From contig JBLDXI010000029.1 of assembly GCA_047495785.1 (NCBI GenBank), positions 1,054,001-1,118,000 of the forward strand: DNA of 64,000 nucleotides, in the 5' to 3' direction. The stretch is from Lepidodermella squamata (Eukaryota; Animalia; Gastrotricha). A model generated the notes under the pieces. It was not told where the DNA came from, did no database searches, and was given only the letters and a program-made list of their open reading frames with translations. Every line of letters starts with the position of its first letter. The first letter of the stretch is position 1. Below, piece by piece: positions 22,940-35,725 of this stretch. Made by a program: the position numbers and the translations under genes.

Positions 22940-24091
22940 ATGCATCATTCTGGAAATAACACACAGACTGAGCCCCCGAGAAAAATTTTGAGGAAAGAGA
23001 ACCCCCTGGGATATGTTGGATCGACGCCGCTGACAAGCACAAATCTACGCAGTGAAAGCGGAGCTCTTCTGTTGTGTAGAATAGAAAATTCCAAAGTCGA
23101 TTTGAACGCGTGCCTTCCGCCGTTTCGTCATCAGCTAGATTCTTATGGCAAAATGCCACCCCGGCTCTTTGAGCCCACCTATGCGTTCAGAGCAGGCGGC
23201 GTTATGGAAATATCAGGGCCATCTGGATGTGGCAAATCTGCTCTACTATATGGCATCGTGTCATCATGCCTGATACCAAAAAATTATAAACACAATGGTC
23301 AGGAAATACGATTTGACGGCCCCGAATTATCGGTCGTATTTTTCGATTGCGATTTCAAGTTTTCAATAATGAAGCTTGCTATAATGATCGAAAACTTACT
23401 TCTTTCATCTATCAACTCTTGCACAACATTGTCCTCGAATGATAAAAATGCTGCAGTTGCATCAGCCATAGAAAAATGCTTGGAGTCTTTGAAATATAAC
23501 ATTGTTCCAAGTCCGGATGACCTGTATCGTATGCTCAAGAGATTGGAGGAAAACATCACCAAAAAGAATGTCAGCGTTAAGCTCTTGGTTATCGATGGAA
23601 TCTCCGCATCATATTGGATCGACAGGTCTGAAGAATCAGTTGAGAATGATGCGAATACTAGTATTGGCTTAACGACTCCTGCCAAATTTTCTCGAATGAT
23701 TTGCCACCGGCAAGACGATATTATAAGGCTGATACGCCGTCTTTCCAAAGGTTACAATGTTGCTGTGATTTTTACCAACTCCGTTTTATTTCAAGACAAG
23801 ATGTTTTCAGCAACGTTCAACTCGAAGCTAATAGGTCTACCGTTTTTGCCGTGGAATGGCGTTCTCACTCATAAAGTTGTCTTCTCTAAGCCATTCAAGG
23901 AGCTAAATGGAGCATCGCCTGAATGCAATATCAGAACTTGGATTTTCGAATGGAGTGGAAATAACGAGAAAGCGCATAGAGTCAAAGAACTGAAGTCATT
24001 TTTCTACCACTTCGATTCTCATGAATTTTTACAGCTTATGCTTCCTTGTGACATTGGAGATAACAGCTCTCTTTCTATTAAAGCTAGTTGA
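22940..24091 (+). CDS. XRCC2: DNA repair protein XRCC2 (RAD51 paralog)
   Basis: ESGALLLCRIE N-terminal motif, Walker A GPSGCGKS, VVFFDCDFKF, Walker B LLVIDGISASYWIDR. The exact start codon is uncertain. Confidence 0.85.
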   Translation: MHHSGNNTQTEPPRKILRKENPLGYVGSTPLTSTNLRSESGALLLCRIENSKVDLNACLPPFRHQLDSYGKMPPRLFEPTYAFRAGGVMEISGPSGCGKSALLYGIVSSCLIPKNYKHNGQEIRFDGPELSVVFFDCDFKFSIMKLAIMIENLLLSSINSCTTLSSNDKNAAVASAIEKCLESLKYNIVPSPDDLYRMLKRLEENITKKNVSVKLLVIDGISASYWIDRSEESVENDANTSIGLTTPAKFSRMICHRQDDIIRLIRRLSKGYNVAVIFTNSVLFQDKMFSATFNSKLIGLPFLPWNGVLTHKVVFSKPFKELNGASPECNIRTWIFEWSGNNEKAHRVKELKSFFYHFDSHEFLQLMLPCDIGDNSSLSIKAS

Positions 24092-24130
24092 TATCTTGAT
24101 CAATTTATTTGCGTTCATAGATATTAAGAT

Positions 24131-24844
24131 ATGGATATCCCGGAGTTTTTCGAGTTGAAAAGGTTGGCTGAGGAATCCGAGGCCGGCAAACGCATTGTCT
24201 TCCTAAAAACGGCATTTGAGATGTCTCCATTCCCATTCATCACTCGCCTAATGAAAGAACTGGGCAAAACAGGCAAATCCGTGTCATTGGTTAATTTCAA
24301 CACGGTATTGGCTCGATCGAAAATTTTTGAAAATGTAATCGATTTTCTCGGAGAATTCAAATCCGAGGACGTCGGCGATCTGGAACAACGGCTATCTCGA
24401 TTAGCTGATCAAATCAAAGCTGCAAAAGCTGATTATTTATTTTTCGACGATATCTCAGTTTTAACCTGTCTCTTCCTGACGCCTAATGACGCTATTCGAT
24501 GGCTGCTGAATCAAGTCTTATCTGGACCTTCGAAGATTTTTGTATTCGGCGCGACAACCGTGAAAAATGACGAGGAAAACGGAGCTTTTCTGGCCTATCT
24601 CGAACAGTTCTGTGACTGCTTTATATCAGTAGAATCGCTCGCATCAGGTCCTTGCAAAGAAATAACAGGAAAGGTAGTTTGATGGGATAATTTTATTCAT
24701 GAACTATCTTGGCTAAAAATTTAGATTGGCGTCTCGTGGAAGCAAACGGTCGATTCACCTGCTTGCTCGAAAAACGCTCAATGTTTGCTGGATGACAAAG
24801 GCTTGAAAGTATTCGCATCGGGTTTCTCCAGATTTGTTCTTTGA
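24131..24844 (+). CDS. ELP6: Elongator complex subunit 6 (exons 24131-24673, 24725-24844)
   Basis: FFDDISVL, SLASGPCKEITGK and the C-terminal DKGLKVFASGFSRFVL match the ELP6 pattern. Confidence 0.8.
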
Positions 24845-24929
24845 ATATTGATGTGAAGCAATACAAAAAGTATAGTTTTATCAGTCTAGAAATGCTAAGA
24901 TTTCCTTTTTTTAAAGTTAGACAATTGTT

Positions 24930-27198
24930 ATGTGCGGAATATGTGCAGTAATTACCAAAAAGAATAGCGAACTACATGGACATCTAGAGATCAATAAATT
25001 GCTGTCTAGGAGAGGTCCAGATGGTTTGGGCGAGGAAATAGTATCCATCAATGGCACGCAGCTGATAATTAGTGCATCGGTACTTTGCTGTCGATCTGTT
25101 CATTGCCCTCAGCCCATTTCACTCCCTGGCGTAGTTCTAGCTTGGAATGGCGAAATTTTTGATGGCATCGAGACTCAGCAGGTACTTATCCATTTTCAGC
25201 ATTGTTGAATTTGCTCTTCAATTTCGATAAAATCTCAAGGCTAATGATGGCTTGGCTTTGGCTGAATTGTTGTCGAAAACCTCGACAGTTGACGAAATAG
25301 TCTCGATCTTTGAGCTAATTCAAGGGCCTTATTCTTTTATTTTATACCATGTGAGTTCTGTGGAAAGATTTTCACTGTATCACTCGAATTCTCTTTGTAG
25401 GAGACGTCGAAAAGCTTATTTTTTGGTCGAGATGTTCTCGGTCGGCGGAGTTTATTGGTTACATCCACTGTCGATGGCTCAAATATTGTTATTTCATCAG
25501 TTTTACCGCAAACCGCTGAGCTGAATTCGAGTGAAGAACTTCTACCAACCGGAATTTTCTGCATTGAATTGTCAGAGAACGGAAGTTTCGAAGATCTCGA
25601 GGTGTTCTCTTACGATTGGCCGGAAAAATGTCAGAGTCCAGCTGCCATGCCCAAGCTTTTCACCTCAGTGTTCAAGAAAATCGGGGCGAATAAACTGAAA
25701 AATTCTTTAATTCAAGATTTACCGGTCAGAATGCTTCCAACTGAAGAGGAAGACCTGAAATTGAGAAAAATCGTTGAATCCAGTCCAAAAGTCGATCAGG
25801 ATGAAATCGAATCCCAAGCCCTCGCTAAAATATACGAGCTAATTCGTGCTGAGTTCCCTGAAATTGACGATTTGCTTGATAAATTCCTCGCCGTTTTACG
25901 TAAAAGCGTCGCTAAACGCTGCGAAATCGCCCCAAATCGTTGTTTAAAATGCTCAGATGACTGCACACATTGCAAAGTTGGCATTTTATTTTCTGGCGGG
26001 ATTGATTCGACAATTTTAGCCGCAATATCGGATGAATTCCTGCCCGAAAATGTCGACCATGTCGATTTGTTGAACGTTTCTTTCTATCAAGATGAAGCGA
26101 ATCGAGGACCGCCTACCCCGGATAGAGTGACAGCATTGAGTGTGGTAGAATTGCTTGATCAGAATGAAAATGCGAGAAAGTTGTTGATGAATTGTGTCGA
26201 TATTTCCCAAGCTCAATTACACGAAGTACGGAGAAATCGGATTCGTGAACTTATTCTACCTTGCGAAACGATTCTTGACGATAGCTTAGGTGAGTAACTG
26301 CTATAATTCGTTTGCATTTTCTAAAGTTCAATTTCAAGGTTGTGCGTTGTGGTTTGCGACTAGTGCCACTTGCCCGGCTAAAATCTTGTTACACGGCCTT
26401 GGTGCGGATGAGCTTTTTGGTGGCTACTCTCGACATCGAGCAAGTTTTCAGTAAGTTTTCGGGCATTCCGAAATTTGTAACGTAAAGAAATCGAAATATT
26501 ATCTGACTCACTTGTTCAATTAGATTGAGCATTGCATTGGAAAGAAACTAAATTTCTGAGAATGGTCCCGGTAAATACATTCAGAACTAAGCTAAAAAAA
26601 TCTAGAATTTTTCCTACAATTTCCAATTATGGGTGATATCTTGGCCCACATGCGTCCAAAATTTGTCTTCGTTTTTTTCAAAAGTCACACGTAAAATTAA
26701 CGATTTATTTATTTCAGGACACAATTTATTTTGAAAAATTATTCCAATAATTTTGTCAATAATCATATTTCTGTAATTTATTTTCTTAGAAATGGTGGTT
26801 GGTCCGCTGTTGAATCTTGTTTGTTAACCGATCTCGCTAATCTCCCTCATCGTAACTTGGGCAGGGACGATCGAGTCGCTTCCGACAATAGCCGCGAACT
26901 TCGCCACCCATTTCTCGACGAAAATGTCGTCAGTTACACGATCAATCAAATTCCAGTATATCTCCGCCTTAATCCTTACTTCCCTCGCTCAGTCGGCGAC
27001 AAATTATTCCTGCGTTTCGCCGCACTTCGACTGGCTGAGCAGTCCCGAAAATGGCGGGAAAGTCTGTTGAAAGCAAGTGGTTTTCCGAAACGGGCCATTC
27101 AGTTCGGCTCGAGAATAGCGAAAATTGAAAAAGAGAGCGTTAAAACTACAAATCGAAAAATTAACGCTTCTAAAATTTCAAAATCTTTAATTGAATAA
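24930..27198 (+). CDS. ASNSD1: Asparagine synthetase domain-containing protein 1 (5 exons)
   Basis: MCGI N-terminus, RRGPD, WNGEIF, ILFSGGIDS, GADELFGGYSRH, RNLGRDDRV, KRAIQFGSR. Confidence 0.92.
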
Positions 27199-27240
27199 AT
27201 TTTATTTGAAATATAGATTTTTTTATTGAGAGAAATAGTT

Positions 27241-30200
27241 ATGGGAGATTTTGGTGAAGATTGGGGAGCGGGGCCTACTTCGGTCGCCCCTTCGCCTTAT
27301 CAATCGAATAATTTTCAGTCAAACCGAGCGCCTAGCCAGTCGGCTAATAGCGACGAATCAGTAATTATTCCAATACCGCAGCAACACATTGGTTTAATCA
27401 TAGGACGAGGTGGCTCGAAAATTCGTGAATTGGAGCAAGAATTCGGCGTTCGGTTGAATCTAGACCGTCAGTCGAACCAGGTCAAAATTTCGGGCGGCAA
27501 CGAAAATTGCCGTCAAGATTGCGTTTCGAAAATTTTAACGCTAACTAGCGACGAAAATCGATCCAGCCAGCAGCAGAGTTCCGACCGAAGTCGCGGTGGC
27601 GAATATGGTAGCGGCGGAGATTCGATGGTTATGAATGTAAATTCTCAAGACATTGGCTCGATTATCGGCCGAGGTGGCGCGACCATCCAGGACATTCAGC
27701 GTAACTCAGGCGCTAGAATTCAGGTCGATCGTAATTCGAACGAGGTTAAAATCAGCGGTTCAGAGGATTGCAAGCGAAAGGCTGTTGATATGATCAAAAG
27801 CGCGATTGAACGACGAAATCAGCCGCCGTCGAATGGATTCGACTCTCGCCCTACTCAAGATTCGAGACCCCCTCAGCAGAGCCAGGGCGGCTCAGGCTGG
27901 GGTGGGGATGAAGATTGGGGTGCTGGTGGTAGTTCAAATACTCAAAATAACGGCTATTCGAACAGCTCTAGCGGTGGCTATGGCAATCGAGGGGGCAGTA
28001 GTAGCTATAGCAATCGAGGTGGTAGTGGCTATGACTCTCGCCCTAGCCAAGAATCAAGGCCCGCGCCGAAGCAAATGGTCGAATCCGGTTGGGATGCGGA
28101 TGAAGATTGGGGCGCTGGTACGGCACCTTCAAACCCCCAGCCTTCGCCATATCAACAAAATAACACCTATTCAAATCAGTCCTACGACCGAAGTGGTGGT
28201 TACGGAAATCGAGGTGGTGGAGGAAACGACTACAACAATCGAAGCGGTAGTGGATTTGGAGGCAGTTATGGAGGAGGAGGCGGTGGTGGCGGTGGTTATA
28301 ATTCGGGTCGAAATACCGGATCTTCAACCTACCAATCATCGTCGTATAATAACCGCGGTAATGACTATTCGAATTCAAACAGTGGAGGCTGGCAGGATGA
28401 GAATAGCGGTGGTTATCAGCGCAAAACGCCGGCTCCTGCCCCTGCTTCGTCGACTTATGATGCGCCCATCGACTGGGTTGGAATTTTGCAGAAGTCAGAG
28501 GAGGCGTCGAGCAAACGCTGGGCCCACCTGCCGCCCGTTATTAAAGATTTCTACCAAGAAGACCCAGGTTTGTAAACATTCATTTTAGCCTTAAACTTGA
28601 TGAATTTTGAAAAAAGTTCTACAAAGAAATCAGAGCATCAGAAAACGGAATATCAAAATTAACCCAAAATTGAAAGGAAAATATTGAAATATTATTTTGC
28701 AATTTTTAATTTTAGAAGTTGCCGCGCTCATGCCGGAAGAGGTCGAGGAGTTTCGCAAAAACTCGAACAACATCATCGTACAAAACCTGGACGCCGAATG
28801 TCAAGAAAAAATTCCGAACCCGGTGCTAACATTCGAACACGCCTTTGGCGGGTACCCTGAAATCATGGCGGAAATAAAGAAAAACGGCTTTCAAAAGCCA
28901 TCACCGATCCAAAGCCAGGCTTGGCCATTGCTGCTCTCAGGCCGTGACTGCATCGCCATTGCTCAAACTGGTACTGGTAAAACCCTGGCGTTCCTCCTCC
29001 CTGCTTTCATCCACATCGAAGGCCAGGCGACCCCTCGTAACCAGCGAAAAGGTCCTAGCGTTATCTGTCTCTGCCCGACCCGAGAATTGGCCCAACAGAT
29101 CTACACTGAAGTGTTGAAGTACAACTACCATGACATCAAGGCCGTGTGTGTTTACGGCGGGAAGGGTCGTAGAGAGCAGATTCAGGTGTGTCAGGCCGGG
29201 GTTGAGATCGTCATCGCAACGCCGGGCCGTTTGAACGATTTGATCATGAACGGCTTCATCAGTTTGGAGGATGTGACGTATTTGGTGTTGGATGAGGCTG
29301 ATCGTATGCTGGACATGGGCTTCGAGCCCGATATTCGTAAGGTGCTGCTCGACATTCGCCCCGATCGCCAGTCTGTCATGACTAGTGCTACTTGGCCATA
29401 CGGTAAGATATGCTGTGATTGAAATTGATACCCAAAGAGCAATGCTTTTTACTGATTCAATTTTATTTCGCCGCGAAATCACGCCGGCATCTCATTTTTC
29501 AACCTGAAAACCGAGTTTGATAAACAAGTTTAAATTGATTAAAATTAAATAATATTCGATTAAATTTCATCTCGACCTATATCTCGAATTTTAGCAAAAT
29601 TAGAATTTCATCTGAGATTTTTTGTGAATGTTGAACTTTGAATGATCGGTTTTCAATTTTATGCGAAATTTGTCAATTTAGGCGTGCGGAAAATGGCGAG
29701 CCGTTATCTGAAAAATCCCGCTCAAATCTATGTCGGATCTCTTGACCTCAACGCTGTTCACACAGTGCGTCAAGAGCTGCGATTTGTAGCCGATGAGGAA
29801 AAGCGCTCCGTTCTGTTCAATTTCATCGCCAACGAGCTGCAGCCACACGAAAAGCTGCTCGTCTTCTGCGGGCGTAAATCGACGTGCTCAGACGTTGCGT
29901 CGGAGTTGTCGCGTAACGACATTCCTTGCGAGTCGATTCACGGTGATCGCGACCAGCAGGACCGAGAGAACGCGCTGGCTGATTTCAAGGATTCACACAT
30001 TCGCATTCTTATCGCAACTGATGTAGCATCGCGTGGTCTAGATGTTGTCGACGTCGTAAGTTGCCAAACACTTTGTGCTTGAAATTTGCCGAGAGGATAA
30101 AATAATGCAGAGGATATACCGGTTTTAACTCGTCAAAAATTGGGTCATTATTTCTGATTTCATAAGAAAATTTCATAAATTGCAAACAAAATTCATATCT

Positions 30201-32201
30201 GCAGCCTCATTACATTTACAACCTTCGTCACACGTATTGCAGGCTTTTCTTGATTGAGTAGTTCGAACCGGTCTTGCCTTGCGCAGACACCAGGTGAGGC
30301 CATCTTTAGACCCACATACCTTAGCTGAAATCCTGCAAGCCTTGAACGAAGCACATTTCGCTTGTAAATGCGGCGTGAACTTTTAGCAGCCACTCGCATA
30401 CCGGTTCAAGGGAAGGCGGCTTCATTATACGGGCATCTTTCTGTATCATACTCGTCTTTTGCCATTTGCTCGTCGCTGATCTGCAAAAGATGCCTTAAAT
30501 GTATTGTTCCACCCCAACCGGCGCGTTGGGCGTACTTCGTACACTCAACTGGCACACATTTTCTTTTAATTTTATTTTAAAGCTGTTACACCCAAGAGAG
30601 GTCAGCTCGACAATGTTATGGAAAACAACATATAATTGCAGGACGAATTCAGTTGGATCAGACTGAACATAATCCGCAATACGTAACGTAGAGTCGTTTT
30701 CGACACCACTATACATTAGACAACCGATACAGTGGACGCTCGCCATACCATCTGATTTTTCCACTAAAGCCATTCAAATTAAACCAGTGGAACTTGAAGT
30801 AACTCAGCTAATGTTACTACCACATTTTTGCTTCCGTTCATCTCAGATAAGGTACATTACGAAGAGATTTCTCCAACATATTTTTCCCTATTCCTATAAC
30901 AAGCAAAAATCCCAAAAATAAAATCTTGATGTTTTCATCGTTATCTGCAACATCGGAATCGCACTTCTTGCTGCGTTTAGTTTTTCTCGCGACCTCGTCG
31001 CGGCCTGATATAGCATCCGAATCGATTCGGTTACTCTTTCGCGCAACTTGGGAGGCCGAGGATGAACTTCCCGACGTGACAGGAGGATTCGTTTTCTCCT
31101 GAAAGTATCGACCGCTTCGGTTGGCAGGTCTGTTGCGACTTCGATCTGGTATCGCAACGTACCGGAGATGTCGACAGCCATGGACTGATGGTTCAGCTGG
31201 AAGTACGCCAACCGGCGGACAATTTGACCCGCCTGACCACGAGTTCCGTTGAACGCTCGGCTGAACCAGCTCAGGGCCCCTTCAGCAAACCACAACGAAA
31301 AGCATCCCATTGCGCCGTGTCGGATAACCAAGCGTCCCGTTCATTTGATTAATTCTCCAACTCGGTACGGCCTAGGGTAAGGCCTACGACCACTACCGTC
31401 TAGACGTCGACGCTTTTCCTTTTCTTCGTCACCTATATCACTCATTTCGCTTTCACTACTACGCCAAATTTTATTTTGGGAATTTTTCGAAATTGACGAT
31501 GCTGAAAGCTTTCTTCCCGATCGTATTTCTCCATTTAACCTGGTTAAAACTAATTTCGTTGGATTTTTCGATCCTGTCAACATGTTTCAGGGTCGATCAT
31601 CATTTTCATGCATTTGGAATTTACGCCTTGTCCATAATTAAAATTCACCGGTTGTGTGAGGCTTCCTGGCCTATTTTTTTGTATCATATATGATGTGATA
31701 CGGGACAACTGTTTGTTTTAGTTGTAAATTCAAACATTCAAGCATTCAAACATAAAAACCAGTCATTTTTTTATTTTTTTTTAGACCCATGTGCTGAATT
31801 TCGACTTCCCGAAAGACATGGAAGAATACGTTCACAGAGTCGGCCGAACCGGTCGAGCCGGTCGGTCAGGTGTCGCAATCTCATTCTTCACCCGCCAAGA
31901 CTGGTCGAAAGCGGCCGATTTGATCAAAATCCTAGAGGAAGCCGAGCAAGAAGTGCCGGAACAACTCGTGCAGATGTCTGAGCGATGGGCGAAACACCAG
32001 GAACGTATGGACCAAGAAAAAGACTTCTGCCGGTCGTTCTTGGACGGCGGATCCGGGGGTGGTGGCGGAAGGCGCTATGGAGGCGGCGGTGGAGGAGGCG
32101 GTTCAGGGTGCTACAACTGCGGTGGCCAGGGCCACATGTCGCGTGACTGCTCCGAACCGCGTCGAGGTGGCGGTGGCAGCCGCGGAGGCCGTCGATTCTA
32201 G
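27241..32201 (+). CDS. DDX43: KH-domain DEAD-box RNA helicase DDX43/DDX53-like (exons about 27241-28567, 28716-29402, 29682-30056, 31786-32201)
   Basis: Two KH domains (IIGRGG), [31 protein letters not shown] and a C-terminal CCHC knuckle. Confidence 0.9.
30250..31300 (-). mobile_element. Highly degenerate pogo/Tigger-like DDE transposase remnant in a DDX43 intron
   Basis: Frameshifted fragments [19 protein letters not shown] and SFKACRIS resemble the pogo DDE_1 C-terminus. Boundaries are approximate. Confidence 0.5.
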
Positions 32202-32468
32202 TCATCCTCCTTACAAAAACACTGAAAATTTATATACGCTGAAAAACTGTGAATTCAATCTTGTATAACTCATTACATAATTAGCTTGGGAAAAAAATGC
32301 CGAGATATTTACTGAACCGGTTGCTCAGTTTTTACCATGGGTACGGCGGATGAAATTGTTATTGGTTCGAATCTCGTCACAACGAATTTCGGTGAAAAAT
32401 CGTATCTATAGCTCATATTGTGTATCGAATAAAAAACGAATATTATTATTTATTTTCTAGCCGCAAAA

Positions 32469-35436
32469 ATGTTTAAAATTGCTTGTTTTTTCCTGGTTCT
32501 CGGCATTGCCTCTGCCGAATTTTGCGACATCCCGCCGAAATATTGGTGTTCATCGGAAGAAACGGCTCGTCGTTGTGGCGTTGAAAAGGCTTGCAACGAC
32601 TGGAATAAGCGATTCACGCCTGAACGCCAGGCACTCAACGGCGGCTCGAGCCCTGTCAACGTCACAATTTATTTCGAAAGTCTGTGCCCCGATTGCCAGC
32701 AGTTTTTCCTGAATCAAGTTGCGAAAGCGGCGAAAATGTTGCCGCCTAGCATCATGCAGTTGGATTTTGTGCCGTACGGTAACGCGAAAATGTCTTACGA
32801 CGCTGGTGATGATTCTTACGATTTCACGTGCCAGGTAAATTTTGTGGAAAATGATCGAAAATTGAACACAAAACTCGGAAAAAATTGTGCTAATGAATTA
32901 TTCGTTTCTTCAGCATGGACCTGATGAATGTCTTGGCAACGTGTTCGAGGTAAGAAAACGTGATTATGAATGAATTTCAATTGTTTTCAAATTTATGTTG
33001 GCGTAAGATTAAAAATAGTTCTCTAGTCACCTGGATGTCATGAATTATTGCAGTATCGGCCGCGTCGAAATTTTGAATATTTAAATACTTAGGTCTAGAG
33101 CGTTCATCTTCTGTTGTTTGAAGTAGGAAATGTCGAATTTCGGAGGGAAGCAGTTTATTGGTACGTCGTTCCAGGTTGCGACGGTGTTTTGTAGCCTTGT
33201 GAAAATATCGGTGTCACGGCCGGCTCTTTTAGGTCGGTGCGCCTTGACGGGCGTTCGAAGTTTCCCTTGTCGAGCGAAGTCGTAAAGTACAAATCGTCTT
33301 CCGCCCAGGGGCTTTACCCCTGTTTGGCGGGTGAAGCGATCTTGGACGGACTGAAGGCGCTTTGCGACGCCTGGGCGTAGCCGATAATGCCATACTCGAG
33401 TATTGGCAGGGCGAGTGTTTTGAACGCGTTTCCCAGTTGCCAGTGCGATGGGATGATATTCATAGAGCATAATGGCCATTTTCGAGATGTGAATGGAGTA
33501 AGCCAAAGAGGCAGGGGCAGAGAGCTAGAAAGCAGCAGACAAGCCGCATTCGTGGACTGTCTTCTTGACTTTCTTAGAAACGATTAGAATAGCAGCCGAC
33601 TCGTGGATTATGCCATATGCATGTGCTCGTTAGGCTTCGTTTTCCGACTAATGACTGTTTCACCGCATGAACGGCATGAATGAGATAACGGCCTAAGTAG
33701 TTTCAGCAATCGTAGGCGCTTTTGCTGACCACAATATTTCTTCCCTCCTGTCCAGTTAAAAATCTCGAATTTCTTTTTCACTAGTTTTTGCTAGCTGTAT
33801 GCTGAAAATCGAAGACAAGAAAATCAGTTGCGACTTTCTTCGCGACCTTTGCGGCGCTTTTGACGCCTAGTTTTCTGACTTTACGAAAATCTAAATGAAG
33901 ACGTGTGCCTGAAGGGATATCGTGTCGTTAAAGTTCTCGATGGTAGTTTAATCGAGATCGAACGAATATAGTCGGATGTTACTTCTTAAGTGACTCAATC
34001 AGTCACGGAGTAGTTTGGTTTGTTCAAAAATTCTAATATGTCAAAAAACTCCACTATTTTCTTTGCACAACAAATTTTGCCTATTTTTCCATCTTGTTTT
34101 TGTCCAATATTTTTTAGACCTGTGCAATGTACGTTCTGAAAGACGCTAGCCAGCAGTTGCAGTACATTCTGTGCGTCGAGAATGCGACTTTCAGCGGCGA
34201 AGGCATTAAGCCAGCTATTACCGAGGTAATTTACGGCACTTTTTTCCTAGATATTATTAATTGCTAGAAATGGCACCCAGCTGGTGCCGTTTTGCACCTA
34301 CGCAAAATAATTATGATGACGTATACTTTTCGTTTATATTTCCGACAGTGCGCTAAGATGGACATCCCGACGTCGAAGTTCGACACGTGGCAGCACTGCG
34401 GCCAGGGCCATGTCGGCAACGCGTTGGAGGGCGCCATGGGCAAGCGCACGGCCCAGCTCTCGCCTGCTCACTCCTTTGTGCCCTGGGTCACGTTCAACGG
34501 CGCCGGCAGTGAAACCATCTCGTAAATGCTCAGATATATCTCCTTTTCCTTAGTTGCTTAGCTAGCGAAATTCGCAACATTCTAAGCTCAATATTTTTAA
34601 TTTTTGTGATCGCTCGATTAGAGTAAAATTATTCACCCAATTGATAGAAATTGTCACGGCAACGAGATCATGTGATTTTGGCACCTTTTACAAAATTAAC
34701 TTTTTGGAATATCATGACTTTTATATGGCGGTTCACCCTGTGAATCCGTATTTAAAAATTCGATCGGGAACTTGTTGTGATATCATTTATATCATTTATA
34801 AAAACTGTTTATTTAGTAGGCAACTGTTTAAAAAAATCGCAGTATATTGCAATTTTGCGTTGAATTTGCACTATGTTGCTCCAAGATACGTATGTTGCTC
34901 ATATAACAATGAAAAGGCCCATTTTTGAAGACGCTTCAAAATACCGGCTCTAAATGCGTTATCTACTATTAAAGCCCGAACTAGGCCTGATCGGATCGTT
35001 TCGACAAATTTGCTGCTAAACAATTCCGTGAAAACCCAATTCACGTGATATCAACCCCAAATTATTGTTTTTATACTTGTTTTTGTTTGCTCACTCACAG
35101 TCAATAATAGCATGTGACTATCTTATTGTTTTCCTGTTTTTGTCGCTCCTGAGCGATAAAATTCATCCTTTATTCCTATTTTCCAGTCCATCAGGTTAAT
35201 ATTGGAAAATATATTTTGAAAATTTGCAGGTGAATTAGAAATTTTACCTTTGAAACTGAGATTAAGGCTGCTCATTTAATAGTTTATTAATTATTTTTGA
35301 ATATTTTGTTGACTAATTGTTCAATTTTCTTGTAAGATATGCCGCTATTGATGACCTTGTCAAGGCTGTCTGTTCGTTCTACTCGGGCCCTGGCAAGTGC
35401 CCTCCTTCGGCCACCGGCGACGCTCTCAATGTTTAA
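32469..35436 (+). CDS. GILT (IFI30-family lysosomal thiol reductase) paralog 1, with N-terminal saposin-A-like motif, active site CPDC
   Basis: Exons 32469-32834, 32914-32949, 34118-34225, 34349-34521, 35337-35436. ESLCPDC, VPYGNA, CQHGPDECLGNVFETC, FVPWV. Confidence 0.92.
33080..33650 (-). mobile_element. CR1/L2-type LINE 3' remnant in a GILT1 intron
   Basis: Frameshifted AFKTLALPILEYG...LQSVQDRFTR motif typical of the post-RT region. Confidence 0.6.
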
Positions 35437-35725
35437 AACACTGAGATTTCCGGGAAATCGCGCCAATAAACTTGAAGCGTTTGACATCTTGATTGATATA
35501 ATAATGTTCGATCCCAAGATCTGTTAAGCTTTCTCTCATGTTGTGTCATAATTTAAGCTTGCAAGCTTGTAAAAAACAGCCACTCTTTCACACTTACAAT
35601 GCGAGGTATTCGGTGATTTCTCTTCTTCTTTTGTAAATCCACCTTGAAATAAAGTTTTCGTTCTGATAGGAATAAAATTTGAACTTCGTTCCTTATTTTT
35701 TTTTAATTGAAGATTTTAAAATAAA

